Source of the DNA: Escherichia phage SHIN8
Length of the DNA: 58,460 bases
Sequence record: PP627280.1
Strand: one strand, 5' to 3'
Shown here: one piece after another, positions 19,802 to 29,178 of the stretch
Position numbering within the stretch: the first letter of the stretch is position 1
Layout of the letters: every line of letters begins with the position of its first letter
Program-made: the position numbers and the translations under genes
The notes under the pieces: model-generated
Database searches by the model: none
What the model saw: the letters and a program-made list of their open reading frames with translations, nothing else
Told to the model about the DNA's origin: nothing

Positions 19802-20332
19802 ATGCAAAACGTAAACGCAGGAATGGGCGTAACCCAGTTCAACGGGATGAAACCGAAAAACTCCATCAACATGGGCGGTGTTGATTGGACGTTACGTCGG
19901 GACGCTACCGATTCAACTACCATGTTCCCACACCAGAAGGTGAGCTGGCTTAATGCTGGCTGTGAACCTATGGGCGATGGAAGGGTTCATTACTGTTGGA
20001 TTATGGGAGTGATACCGCCTACGCCGGGCACTATCGAACGACCCGTGAATGTGATGTATGTCGGCTTCCACCAGTTCAAGATTACAATTGCTCCAAACTC
20101 CATTAGTCAATCAGATCTTGATCGTATGCATGTTTACGTCAGCGATGGTAAAGACTTCGCAGGGGATTTTATTAGTAAGTTTCTTGGTATGCAACCAGAG
20201 CAGCCTGTAGAAGCACGCGAGCATATTAGCCCGTGGCCGCCCATGATTGATCAGGAAGTGCTGCAACCAAAGACCGCTCAAACGGTCCCTCAGAAACCGG
20301 AGCAGAAGGTGAAACCAAATGACGAAGAATGA
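19802..20332 (+). CDS. hypothetical protein
   Basis: 176-aa ORF. Confidence 0.4.
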   Translation: MQNVNAGMGVTQFNGMKPKNSINMGGVDWTLRRDATDSTTMFPHQKVSWLNAGCEPMGDGRVHYCWIMGVIPPTPGTIERPVNVMYVGFHQFKITIAPNSISQSDLDRMHVYVSDGKDFAGDFISKFLGMQPEQPVEAREHISPWPPMIDQEVLQPKTAQTVPQKPEQKVKPNDEE

Positions 20333-20603
20333 AGGTATTGATAAAGTCGTTGAAGGGCTTTCTATTCGTGCTCATGTTATAGCAGACGAAGGTCATGATC
20401 AACTCACAATTATGAAATCTGCATTCAGCGATTTTAAGTCTCTTGGAAACTTAAGCGGGTTAATGACTGTGGTGTCGACCGGAAAATTAACCCAGCAGCA
20501 AATCAGTCTGGCTCAGCGTATTGCTGTTAAAGTTATTGCGGTACTTGGGATGATTGAAGCTGAAAAGCCTAGTTCCAAGCAGGATAACGAAAGCGACCTT
20601 TAA
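20319..20603 (+). CDS. hypothetical protein
   Basis: 94-aa ORF overlapping upstream gene. Confidence 0.4.
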   Translation: MTKNEGIDKVVEGLSIRAHVIADEGHDQLTIMKSAFSDFKSLGNLSGLMTVVSTGKLTQQQISLAQRIAVKVIAVLGMIEAEKPSSKQDNESDL

Positions 20604-20614
20604 GGAGGTCTACT

Positions 20615-20818
20615 ATGTGTGGTAATACTAACCGTTGCTGTCTAGGCAGTCCTGCAACACAAGCAGGTATACTTCAGGGGCAATTAGCTCAAGCAGCGTG
20701 TAATTGCAAAACTTTTCAACCAGTAGCGCCAACTCCTGTGTTTGTGAATGCTTTTGCACCGCCTGTTTTCAATACTTTTGGCGTATACCCATACGGTGCT
20801 TTCTTTCGTATATTCTAA
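20615..20818 (+). CDS. small Cys-containing hypothetical protein
   Basis: 67 aa, followed by bidirectional terminator. Confidence 0.35.
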   Translation: MCGNTNRCCLGSPATQAGILQGQLAQAACNCKTFQPVAPTPVFVNAFAPPVFNTFGVYPYGAFFRIF

Positions 20819-20825
20819 GAAGAGA

Positions 20826-20850
20826 AAAGGGGCAAACGCCCCTTTCTTTA
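20826..20850. terminator. bidirectional intrinsic terminator at convergence of plus and minus transcription
   Basis: AAAGGGGC-aaac-GCCCCTTT with T-runs on both strands. Confidence 0.55.
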
Positions 20851-21129
20851 ACGCTTATGAAAAGCTGACAGGATTGCAAGTGTTACAGCACCCAATCCAA
20901 CGACGGTAGCATAAGTGAGTTGGTGTTGAACTTTAACAAAGCCATAATAGGTGCTAGGGATGTCTACAATCCCAAACGCGATAGCAAAGCTGGTCACAAG
21001 TAGTGCTACAGCAAGGGCGCGTAATAACGCCCTGCTCATTGCTGTAAAACCCTTCTCATTACTATCTCCGGTCATTATAACAACAATGATTAGAAATAGC
21101 GAAACGACAACTAATAGATATTCCATCAT
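20848..21129 (-). CDS. membrane protein
   Basis: 93 aa, 2-3 hydrophobic helices. Confidence 0.45.
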   Translation of the reverse strand: MMEYLLVVVSLFLIIVVIMTGDSNEKGFTAMSRALLRALAVALLVTSFAIAFGIVDIPSTYYGFVKVQHQLTYATVVGLGAVTLAILSAFHKR

Positions 21130-21338
21130 TTGCGTCTCCTGTACATGTATTGATCATACGCAGTCGCAATAATAGTGACTGGCCAGCAAGCGAGTATACA
21201 TAGAAGACTTACAATCTTCTCCCAACGTTTCTTATGGGCTAGCGCATAATCATAGTTATTCCAACAAAAGAAATAAGTCATTGCTGTAATAACTGCACCA
21301 ATTACAAAATACATAACCACATATTCAGTCATTAACAA
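21126..21338 (-). CDS. membrane protein
   Basis: 70 aa, two hydrophobic helices. Confidence 0.45.
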   Translation of the reverse strand: MLMTEYVVMYFVIGAVITAMTYFFCWNNYDYALAHKKRWEKIVSLLCILACWPVTIIATAYDQYMYRRRK

Positions 21339-21522
21339 ACTCCCATGTTAAATGATTACGATATACACCATTGTCTACATACCGTCCGGGACGTGCATCA
21401 AAGCTAGGTACAGTAAATGCTAACGTTCCCGCAGTGTAAAGTTGCACCTTTTGTCCGTCCCACGGTCCGCCGATCAATTTAAAAGTCTGTCGATAACCTT
21501 TTGCAGCTCTAGCCATGCTCAC
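21325..21522 (-). CDS. hypothetical protein
   Basis: 65-aa ORF. Confidence 0.35.
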   Translation of the reverse strand: MSMARAAKGYRQTFKLIGGPWDGQKVQLYTAGTLAFTVPSFDARPGRYVDNGVYRNHLTWEFVND

Positions 21523-21558
21523 TCCTTAAATACCCGCGCGAACGCGGGTATTATTTTA

Positions 21559-21765
21559 TTACGCTTCCGGTGTTTCCGGTGATGGTTCATCAGGAACAAC
21601 AATAACGTCGGCTAAAACTTTTAACGCTTCTTGCTGCTCCGCGGTCATATTATTCCAGTAATAGACGTGAATGTAAATTACTGGTTTGTCACCATGTTGC
21701 CACGGTTCGCGACTTACTACATCCACACCTAAATCGCTTGCTACGCTTTTTTCTTTACCAGCCAT
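21559..21765 (-). CDS. hypothetical protein
   Basis: 68-aa ORF. Confidence 0.35.
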   Translation of the reverse strand: MAGKEKSVASDLGVDVVSREPWQHGDKPVIYIHVYYWNNMTAEQQEALKVLADVIVVPDEPSPETPEA

Positions 21766-21797
21766 GCTAATATACCCCTTTAAGGTTTTACACGCGG

Positions 21798-22091
21798 CTA
21801 GCCCCCAAAAGTACCCCTATGATCAAGGGTTCTAATGCGCTGCTCCAGCCAACGTGCGTTCTTTTCAAAATGTTTATTGGTACGCGCTGCTTTGCACGCA
21901 TCAATAATACCTAACTCACATCCAAGCTGCGTTTGTCCCATCACGTAAGAATGGGTTAACATGCTGGATACAAGCTCTTCACATTGTAACTTAATAGGAT
22001 GGTCTTGGCATAGTTTCTTTGCTGCATCTTTTAAATCCACAGCTTGGACACCAGGCGCTATCAGCAAAGTTACGAGTAATAAACGTTTCAT
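21798..22091 (-). CDS. secreted/periplasmic protein
   Basis: 97 aa, cleavable signal peptide MKRLLLVTLLIAPGVQA, four Cys. Confidence 0.45.
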   Translation of the reverse strand: MKRLLLVTLLIAPGVQAVDLKDAAKKLCQDHPIKLQCEELVSSMLTHSYVMGQTQLGCELGIIDACKAARTNKHFEKNARWLEQRIRTLDHRGTFGG

Positions 22092-22375
22092 TATGCTTTC
22101 CCTTTACGACATAAGGCTTGAAGTTCCAGAAGCGCATTAATGTCTTCCTGTGGAGTTACACCAACGTGAATTGGATATTTATCGCGGCATTCGTTACCGA
22201 CCTCAACAGTGTGGTTAATGTAGCCGTAAACACATCCACCAATAACAGTGAAGATAAGCGCAACAATCATTGTAAGGTACTTACCTTGTTTGCGTTCTTC
22301 ATTTTGTTTATTAAGCTGACGGTTAAGTTCTACCGCGTCGATTTTACCTTTATTGTAATCGTCTACTAAGCTCAT
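22091..22375 (-). CDS. single-pass membrane protein
   Basis: track ORF begins at TTG 22432; internal ATG 22375 has GAGGAG RBS and lies after a terminator hairpin. Confidence 0.4.
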   Translation of the reverse strand: MSLVDDYNKGKIDAVELNRQLNKQNEERKQGKYLTMIVALIFTVIGGCVYGYINHTVEVGNECRDKYPIHVGVTPQEDINALLELQALCRKGKA

Positions 22376-22404
22376 TTTGTATCTCCTCTTGTTGTATGCA
22401 TATA

Positions 22405-22430
22405 TTAAAACAGACCCGCGAAGGGTCTGC
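22405..22430 (-). terminator. putative intrinsic terminator downstream of DNA polymerase
   Basis: CAGACCC-gcgaa-GGGTCTG followed by T-run on minus strand. Confidence 0.45.
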
Positions 22431-22439
22431 AAGTAGAAT

Positions 22440-24425
22440 TTAGGCGTATCCCATGTCTTCGAGATACTTCTCTGCTTTAGCTATATAAGCATCATAATCT
22501 ATGTCGTCCGGTATTTTATCCGGTAGCGTCATAATCGGGACACCTCCCGCGCTACCAGCTACACGGTTGCCCGAGTTAGCATAGATTATTTCAGGTGTTT
22601 CTTCATTAGTGCTTAAGTACCAGCGTACAACCTTACCCAAAAATTCGCCATTCCATACCGCGCCGCCTTTTACCGCACGTAGGATAATGAATTTTCTAAT
22701 ATCGTTGCAATTGCGTATAGTACGAGAAACAGGCGTACCGTGGGCCAAACATTCACATACAGATTCCATAATGATCTCACCAGTACAGTTCTTTTGAAGA
22801 CCTGTCTTTGCGAACCACCCTTTACGTTTAATTTCAACATTTCCTTCCTCGTCAGGTTCTTTTACTGCAACATAGTTATTGACGTTAGCGCTGTACAGCT
22901 TGTCATAGTAGTTGGACTCCATTTCAAAGCCTGTCACGGATTCCCACCACTTGATCATATTATCAACGAAGTCCTGCATATGGTCCGGATACTTAACCAC
23001 AATACCATCCGTGTTCGCTGAAATTACTTTAACACCGTTCAGCTCAAACGCTTCAATAAGCATCAACAGTGAAAGCTGTCCAGTTAATGTAACTTGTATC
23101 AATAATTGGGGCGCGTACAGTACGGACCACATAGACCCCAACTTACCGAACGATCCGTTGATGACGATCTTCAGCGTGTTGGCTGTGTTTTTGTCTCCGC
23201 TGTGCTTAGCTGCAATACGGCGGTCTACAATACTTTTATAAACACGAAGGAACGCTGGTCCCAACTGTTCTGGATATAAGCCCTGATTAAGAATGATTGA
23301 AGGATAATAAGACGTTACGTCAATGTCCCGCTTTTTGATACCAGGCTCTTTACCGTGGCCAGCACACTCTTCGGAGCTATGTAAACCACCAATACCCATA
23401 CGGTAGACACCGTCTGCAATCTTGATCTCAAGACCTGTTAATGCTGGAGGTAAGCTGACACCACCGTTATCGCTAACAATAAAGCGACAGTCCCGAACAA
23501 TATCCAGAACACTATTCATCAAAGGTGTTTGAAAACGAATAAAGTCCGGTATGTTGTATGCATACTTTGTTCCAGGATAAACTTGCGGACGCTGTGGGCG
23601 CACGCCCGTTAACGCTTGGATTTCGTGCTTAATCACGTCTTCTGCAATCTGTGCATCGGAGCGTGAACGTAGATCCACACCGTATTCTTGCGACATAATT
23701 TCACGCAAGTGAATAGGCTCTTGCAATGCAATAAAACATTCTTCTGTTTGTACAAGGTCGTTAATACAGTACCAGCGTACAATTAACATCTGGTCCTGCG
23801 TTAACATGGTATTGGGTTTGAACGGTAAATCCTGCATACGTCGAGTATGTACACGTCCGCCGTATTGTTTCAAACCGCCGGACCCAGGCAGCACTTCCAT
23901 GATATCAATGTGGTTAACGTTCTGCATACGCTTGAGACGGTAACTTTTCAATACATCCGAAGGACGCCAGTCTTCAACGATTATCTTATCGGTCGCGTCT
24001 TTAAGCTGCGCATTAGAACAGCCGTTAAGCGCAAGCGTAGCAATGGGCATATCGTACCCGTTACCGTTAAAGCTCACGATAAGGAAGTTTGTCATCACCC
24101 AGTTAAGTAATAAGCAATTCAAACTACAACCGTGATACATCTCGAAGTAGACAACTTTCTTAGTTCGCACTCCGCGAAATGCAATTAAGAAATAATTTGG
24201 ATAACATTCTATATCATATACAAGCGGTTCGCGGTTAATCCATGCTTGAATAAGTTCGTCCTGTGTGTACAGGTTGTATTGGAAGTTCCGCGCTTCCTCA
24301 AGATTAGGCAAATAATCCGGGCGCTCCCAAGTGCGCTCCGGCGGTAAACGTTTAACCTTTTCTTTCTTTGCTTTTGGCTCAGGCGGTAAGTCCTGCCAAA
24401 AGAAACCTATAGCATCGGTTCGCAT
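22440..24425 (-). CDS. DNA polymerase, family B-like with 3'-5' exonuclease
   Basis: 661 aa; exo motif YDIECYPNYF; DVTSYYPSI (motif A-like), KIVINGSFGKLG, ANTDGIVV. Confidence 0.75.
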   Translation of the reverse strand: MRTDAIGFFWQDLPPEPKAKKEKVKRLPPERTWERPDYLPNLEEARNFQYNLYTQDELIQAWINREPLVYDIECYPNYFLIAFRGVRTKKVVYFEMYHGCSLNCLLLNWVMTNFLIVSFNGNGYDMPIATLALNGCSNAQLKDATDKIIVEDWRPSDVLKSYRLKRMQNVNHIDIMEVLPGSGGLKQYGGRVHTRRMQDLPFKPNTMLTQDQMLIVRWYCINDLVQTEECFIALQEPIHLREIMSQEYGVDLRSRSDAQIAEDVIKHEIQALTGVRPQRPQVYPGTKYAYNIPDFIRFQTPLMNSVLDIVRDCRFIVSDNGGVSLPPALTGLEIKIADGVYRMGIGGLHSSEECAGHGKEPGIKKRDIDVTSYYPSIILNQGLYPEQLGPAFLRVYKSIVDRRIAAKHSGDKNTANTLKIVINGSFGKLGSMWSVLYAPQLLIQVTLTGQLSLLMLIEAFELNGVKVISANTDGIVVKYPDHMQDFVDNMIKWWESVTGFEMESNYYDKLYSANVNNYVAVKEPDEEGNVEIKRKGWFAKTGLQKNCTGEIIMESVCECLAHGTPVSRTIRNCNDIRKFIILRAVKGGAVWNGEFLGKVVRWYLSTNEETPEIIYANSGNRVAGSAGGVPIMTLPDKIPDDIDYDAYIAKAEKYLEDMGYA

Positions 24426-24996
24426 TTAATCCGCTCCATTGCTTCTTTAATTGCTAGAATCATATGGTCATAACGACTAACACCACTACCGTCGCAAGTA
24501 TGTGCGCCAAGTACGTGAAATTTAGCAAAACGCTCAGGTCCGTTTACACGTCCAATATGAACATGCTTATTATTTTCCAATCCCCATAAAACAATATCCG
24601 CAGCATGTTCAGAATCTTTAAACTCCGTAGTTCCGCCAATAAAGATACAATCCGCTTCATTTGGAATACTATCACAACCATCCTGGGCTACAAATGCTTT
24701 CTTCCAACCGTCTGCTAGATGGTTGTATTGCCCCACATTTCAAGAGTAGTTTTATGATCCCCAACTTTATCCGGAACGCAGACAAATAAGCATTGGTCTT
24801 TAACATGATATTCTCGTTTAAGAAGAGAAATAAACTCTTTCTCACGAAACCCGCTGTATGCGCCGTTATCAATTGCAAATACAGGTTCACCGCGAGTATA
24901 TCTGGTCAATGGTGTTAATAATTGCCCAACAACGCCTTCCGGCCATTGGGTCTTACGGAAAGCTATACGGTCACGATGCCCGTCAATCAAAAATTT
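24407..24996 (-). pseudogene. hypothetical gene split by single-base frameshift at a C4/G4 run
   Basis: track ORFs 24715-25053 and 24407-24736 are contiguous; adding one G at 24731-24734 gives one ~196-aa ORF (..TTLEMWGQYNHLADGWKK..). Confidence 0.4.
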
Positions 24997-24998
24997 CA

Positions 24999-25952
24999 TT
25001 AGACACGTTCTCCAATTAACACACCGCGAAGATTTTCCCCAAAGAATGCGCAAGGTTGCGGATATAAACTAAAGTCCGCAGTCTTAACCACATTTTCGAG
25101 TAATAACAGGATGTCGATATTGTAAACTCCCGTTATTGATCTGTCCTGCAATACGAAGCTTGCACCTTCTGCATCATCGTAATGAGTACGCGCTAGACCG
25201 TTTTCAATATATACGCGAGGACGATCTTCCGCAAAAGGTTTAATTTTATGCAAGCCCTCAAAAAGACCTGGATCAACAGGATGTGCATTACATTGAACAT
25301 TTAAAATACGACGTATATCAGGCCACTCCGCATCAATAAGCTGTGTTCGCAACCAGCGACCTTCCGGATAATGAAACGTCACATTGTTCTTGCTAACCTG
25401 AATATGTGTCGGGTTAGCTTTAATGCGCAGTATTTCTTTAATAGCAACAGACGGTATTATGCAGTCAATAGGGAATTGATTACCAAACCAATATTCCGCA
25501 ATGGTGACGTTATTTGTAGCAAACAGGCTACCGTTATTAATCAGAATACCGCAAGCCCACGGGCGGGACGCATCCGAGCCTACAAACGGAGCAACAGACT
25601 TCACACCGTGTACGAAGCGAGCACCGTCTATTTCGTATAAATCGCCTTCAGGGAATACGTGAGGTGTTTCCTTGTCAATACAGCGTATAGCAACACGAAA
25701 CGGTCCGGACTTGATATTAAGTTTACCGTTAGCCATCATTGTTAACTGTACGGTTTCGTCACAGTTTGAAATAGCTTTAATCATAAGCCCAGCTTCGGGT
25801 TTGCAATCAATATCCAGCTCAATAGGGCTACCCAGTGCAATAACACCGTTAAAGCCCTGTACCTGTCCATCACGGATAAGAAAGCTGGTAAGCCCTTCTA
25901 CCAGTTCCTTTCGAGCGACGGAGCCTTGAACAAATTTAAGAGCGTCTAACAT
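24999..25952 (-). CDS. sliding clamp (DnaN/beta-clamp-like)
   Basis: 317 aa; DAEWPDIRRILN resembles the DnaN DGRFPDYRRVLP segment. Confidence 0.5.
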   Translation of the reverse strand: MLDALKFVQGSVARKELVEGLTSFLIRDGQVQGFNGVIALGSPIELDIDCKPEAGLMIKAISNCDETVQLTMMANGKLNIKSGPFRVAIRCIDKETPHVFPEGDLYEIDGARFVHGVKSVAPFVGSDASRPWACGILINNGSLFATNNVTIAEYWFGNQFPIDCIIPSVAIKEILRIKANPTHIQVSKNNVTFHYPEGRWLRTQLIDAEWPDIRRILNVQCNAHPVDPGLFEGLHKIKPFAEDRPRVYIENGLARTHYDDAEGASFVLQDRSITGVYNIDILLLLENVVKTADFSLYPQPCAFFGENLRGVLIGERV

Positions 25953-26179
25953 TAGCGATCCTCGATTGCTCTAATTGTGGTTAAATCTAATTCGCAGGTT
26001 GGAGGGTATCCATAAAGTCCCATTTGTTTTCCTTGTGCATTAAACCATGTACCTGACGGATCCTGCCATTGCTTAGGTGTCTTGTGGAGAAATACTACTC
26101 TGTTTTCACCGTAATAATTAATTCTTACGCCTGTGTGAGTATATTTACGTTTACCTTTTGGTCTTCTTAAGTTAGCCAT
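25952..26179 (-). CDS. hypothetical protein
   Basis: 75 aa, basic. Confidence 0.35.
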   Translation of the reverse strand: MANLRRPKGKRKYTHTGVRINYYGENRVVFLHKTPKQWQDPSGTWFNAQGKQMGLYGYPPTCELDLTTIRAIEDR

Positions 26180-27099
26180 CAGAACAACTCCATTACACGA
26201 TCACGGAATGTGCCGTCATGGGTGGCGTTAATGTTTGCAGCAATTACACCATACGCCCATAAGTTGAAGGCAGCACGTGATTCATAGATTGTTGATAAAC
26301 GTTCGTAAGTGAAACCGTTTTGCTCAAGGTATTTAAGGACAGCGTCTTGTTCAATTTCAGTTAATGTTGAAACATGCTTACCAAAATGATGACGGTCCGG
26401 TGACTTATCTGAAACGCGCATTAGTCCCCACGGAGGGGTAACCACACTTCCAAACGCTGCCGCTTGTATCCAGGAGGATGAGTCGCAGCTATACCACGGG
26501 TAACGTTCCATAATGGTTGTGGACGTAATACCAAACGCATGAAGTTTAATCTTAGCACGTCCGCTACCGTCGCAAATGTATTTGTCCCACATGCGGTCAA
26601 GCCAAGTCTTAAGCGTGTCCGTGGAACGCCCTACCATGCCACCGATAGTGATATATTCGTAGTTCTTCATGTAGTATTCAAGATAGCGGAAGTCCTCCCC
26701 AAAGTGAAAGCAAGGTAACGGTTTAGCACCGCGTGCTTCCATTTCAAGTTGGTTACGGTAGGTTTGCAACGGATCACCGATACCATCGAGCACCGACGCC
26801 ATTACTGCGCCATCTTCTACGCGAAGGATGTCTTTGTTGCGCTTGATGTATTCGCAGTATTCAACAATATCAATGTGAGCACCTAACGAGTGCGCGGAGA
26901 ATGCACCGGAGTCGAGAAACACTTTAGCCCCGTCCGCACGCATTTGATCAACATACTTCTGACGCCCAACGTAGTGGTAGGATTCCAAAATATTTGGAAG
27001 GCTATTAACAATGTCTTTTTCCCGATCGTTTAACTTTTCATATCGTTGTTGACCAGCTTTATAGCCGTTGGTATATACCGCAGCGACAAACAGATGCAT
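26179..27099 (-). CDS. dpdA: DNA-guanine transglycosylase (TGT-like, DpdA-type)
   Basis: 306 aa; VFLDSGAFSAH TGT-type motif; adjacent to preQ0 synthesis genes. Confidence 0.7.
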   Translation of the reverse strand: MHLFVAAVYTNGYKAGQQRYEKLNDREKDIVNSLPNILESYHYVGRQKYVDQMRADGAKVFLDSGAFSAHSLGAHIDIVEYCEYIKRNKDILRVEDGAVMASVLDGIGDPLQTYRNQLEMEARGAKPLPCFHFGEDFRYLEYYMKNYEYITIGGMVGRSTDTLKTWLDRMWDKYICDGSGRAKIKLHAFGITSTTIMERYPWYSCDSSSWIQAAAFGSVVTPPWGLMRVSDKSPDRHHFGKHVSTLTEIEQDAVLKYLEQNGFTYERLSTIYESRAAFNLWAYGVIAANINATHDGTFRDRVMELF

Positions 27100-27656
27100 T
27101 ATTCCACCTCAAATTTATTACGCTTAGATCTGTTTTCTTCAATAGATAAGTATTGTAGGTTACTAAGGACGTGAAGTCCACTGACTCTTTTACCGCAAAG
27201 AGGTATAATATGATCAACCTCCATCCCATCCGGGCAGTTAGCGTAGAACAATTCAATTTGTTCTTTTTCAGACCACGCAGGGATTCTTAAAGACCTTTTC
27301 TTATGCACTTCAAGGGAATGTAACCTTGATCTAGCTTTACCGTAATCTGTCTTAGCCCAGCGTTTCAGCCTTTCTTTATTTTGTTCTTTACCTTTCTCAG
27401 TAGAATTATAAGCAGCTTTTGAACGTTGAAGGGCTTCTTTTCCTTTCTGTGACTTATGGTATCTCTTAATAGCATTCCTTGCAGCTTCTGTTTTATTGTA
27501 AATACGCATTCTTTTCTTTCGTGCTTCTCTGTCACAAGTAATACAATAGCCATCTACAGTCTTTCTTTCAGAAACATGACCTTTCGCACAAGGCTTACCA
27601 GTAAAATAATATTTCAAACCTCTTTCTTTTGCTTCAGCTCTTGTGATAATTTCCAT
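27099..27656 (-). CDS. HNH homing endonuclease
   Basis: 185 aa; C-terminal DHIIPL...N...N HNH motif; Cys pairs; AT-rich codon usage. Confidence 0.65.
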   Translation of the reverse strand: MEIITRAEAKERGLKYYFTGKPCAKGHVSERKTVDGYCITCDREARKKRMRIYNKTEAARNAIKRYHKSQKGKEALQRSKAAYNSTEKGKEQNKERLKRWAKTDYGKARSRLHSLEVHKKRSLRIPAWSEKEQIELFYANCPDGMEVDHIIPLCGKRVSGLHVLSNLQYLSIEENRSKRNKFEVE

Positions 27657-27670
27657 TGTCTTATACCAAC

Positions 27671-27708
27671 TAAAAAGCCCATACCAGTATTATGACCGAT
27701 ATGGGCTT
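27671..27708 (-). terminator. putative intrinsic terminator between folE and HNH/dpdA
   Basis: AAGCCCATA/TATGGGCTT 9-bp stem followed by TTTTT on minus strand. Confidence 0.4.
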
Positions 27709-27726
27709 GATCTGTAAAGCTATCTA

Positions 27727-28368
27727 TTATTTACAAGCTTCAAGGAACTCCCGGCGCCATTCTTTACCAATATCGCTACCATGCTCCAGTTCTGTAGCGC
27801 CCCGGAATGCTTTAGTAATAGTAGAGCTGCCGCATACCTGCTTAACACCGCGTGACTCCATGCACATATGCTTGGCGTCAACATAAACACATACAGCTTT
27901 CGGGTTTAAATGCTCCTGAATAGCGTCTGCAATCTGGTTAGTAAGACGTTCCTGAACTTGCAGTCGACGACTAAAAGCATCCACAACGCGAGACAGCTTA
28001 CTAAGCCCAACAATCTTCCCATTGGGGACATAACCCACGACAGCATGACCGATGATAGGAGCCATGTGATGCTCACAATGACTATACACAGGGATATCAC
28101 GGACAATGACCATTTCATTGGTGTTTTCCGCCCCGTCTTCAAAGGTCTTAAATAACCCAGCAATATCTACATCGTAACCGCTAAACCACGTTGCATAAGC
28201 TTTCGCTACACGCTCCGGAGTTTCCTCCAGTCCTGGGCGCAGAACCGCGCTAACTTCAATTTGGGATAGTAAAGTACGCACAGCGTTAGCAATACGGAAT
28301 TGAACACCTTCACTATTAATACTATATTTAGACATGGTTTGCAGTTTCCTTGTTGTTAATGTGGTCAT
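27727..28368 (-). CDS. folE: GTP cyclohydrolase I
   Basis: 213 aa; SHCEHHMAPIIGHAVVGYVP active-site region. Confidence 0.85.
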   Translation of the reverse strand: MTTLTTRKLQTMSKYSINSEGVQFRIANAVRTLLSQIEVSAVLRPGLEETPERVAKAYATWFSGYDVDIAGLFKTFEDGAENTNEMVIVRDIPVYSHCEHHMAPIIGHAVVGYVPNGKIVGLSKLSRVVDAFSRRLQVQERLTNQIADAIQEHLNPKAVCVYVDAKHMCMESRGVKQVCGSSTITKAFRGATELEHGSDIGKEWRREFLEACK

Positions 28369-28369
28369 A

Positions 28370-28906
28370 TCACAGGCTATAGTTTACGTGGCATTTCGAA
28401 GTTTCTTCGATGGTGCATTCTACAAGTTGAACACCATGTTCGTCAAGCAGTAGCGGACCAATTACTTCAACCATATATGCAGCTAGATTTTCCGCAGTTG
28501 GGTTGAACGGCAAAGATACAAGTGAATCGTTAAAAGCTTTAAGATCTTCATCCCCTTCACCGAAAGTAGGCCAACCGCGTTCAGATTGAGTATCCGTTTC
28601 AATACAACATTGCAGTCCGTTGATCAACATATCCTTTTCCCAATGTAGAAACTTATGATCCCAGTTATCTTCTAGCCACTGGCAGAGCGTAGTTTTAACC
28701 ACACTAAAGTCGATCACGCGCCCAACGCTGTCCAGACCGTCCTCAATCAGCTTTCCTCGTGTCACTACTTTTCCGCATCCATGTTTCGGTGCAACTTTAA
28801 AATGAAACTTATAGTTGTGACCGTGGAGGTGGCGACATTTGCTTTCATGTCCTACAACACGGTGACCAGCGCAAATTTCATGTGAACGGATTACTGTATA
28901 GCTCAT
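28370..28906 (-). CDS. queD: 6-carboxy-5,6,7,8-tetrahydropterin synthase
   Basis: 178 aa; ICAGHRVVGHESKCRHLHGHNY Cys/His zinc motif. Confidence 0.75.
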   Translation of the reverse strand: MSYTVIRSHEICAGHRVVGHESKCRHLHGHNYKFHFKVAPKHGCGKVVTRGKLIEDGLDSVGRVIDFSVVKTTLCQWLEDNWDHKFLHWEKDMLINGLQCCIETDTQSERGWPTFGEGDEDLKAFNDSLVSLPFNPTAENLAAYMVEVIGPLLLDEHGVQLVECTIEETSKCHVNYSL

Positions 28907-29178
28907 TTTAATACCTCTTCTACTCTATTCATAAATTCCAAATGACGACGCATAGTTTCTTCTTTTGTGGAAGAATTACAATGCGACCAACCATTATCTA
29001 AGAAATATGCCCAATAATATTCACCATACTTCTTCCGCATAGCGGGAATGGGACATTTCCTTCTTTCAAGCTTAGGGTTCTGTGATCTTATATAAGCTTG
29101 TTTTTCTTTAAGACTTAATGCTTCAAACCAGTCAGCTTGCTCGTGGTACTTTAAATGTTTTGGAGGTACAGGGATCAT
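28903..29178 (-). CDS. hypothetical protein embedded in deazaguanine cluster
   Basis: 91-aa ORF. Confidence 0.4.
   Translation of the reverse strand: MIPVPPKHLKYHEQADWFEALSLKEKQAYIRSQNPKLERRKCPIPAMRKKYGEYYWAYFLDNGWSHCNSSTKEETMRRHLEFMNRVEEVLK

Noticed and set aside
20848-21338. Considered the two small membrane proteins as the holin/lysis cassette
   Set aside because: A complete endolysin-holin-spanin cassette is present at 57002-58440; these are more likely unrelated membrane proteins
22376-22432. N-terminal extension of the 22091-22432 ORF
   Set aside because: Begins with TTG and overlaps a terminator hairpin; downstream ATG at 22375 has a strong RBS
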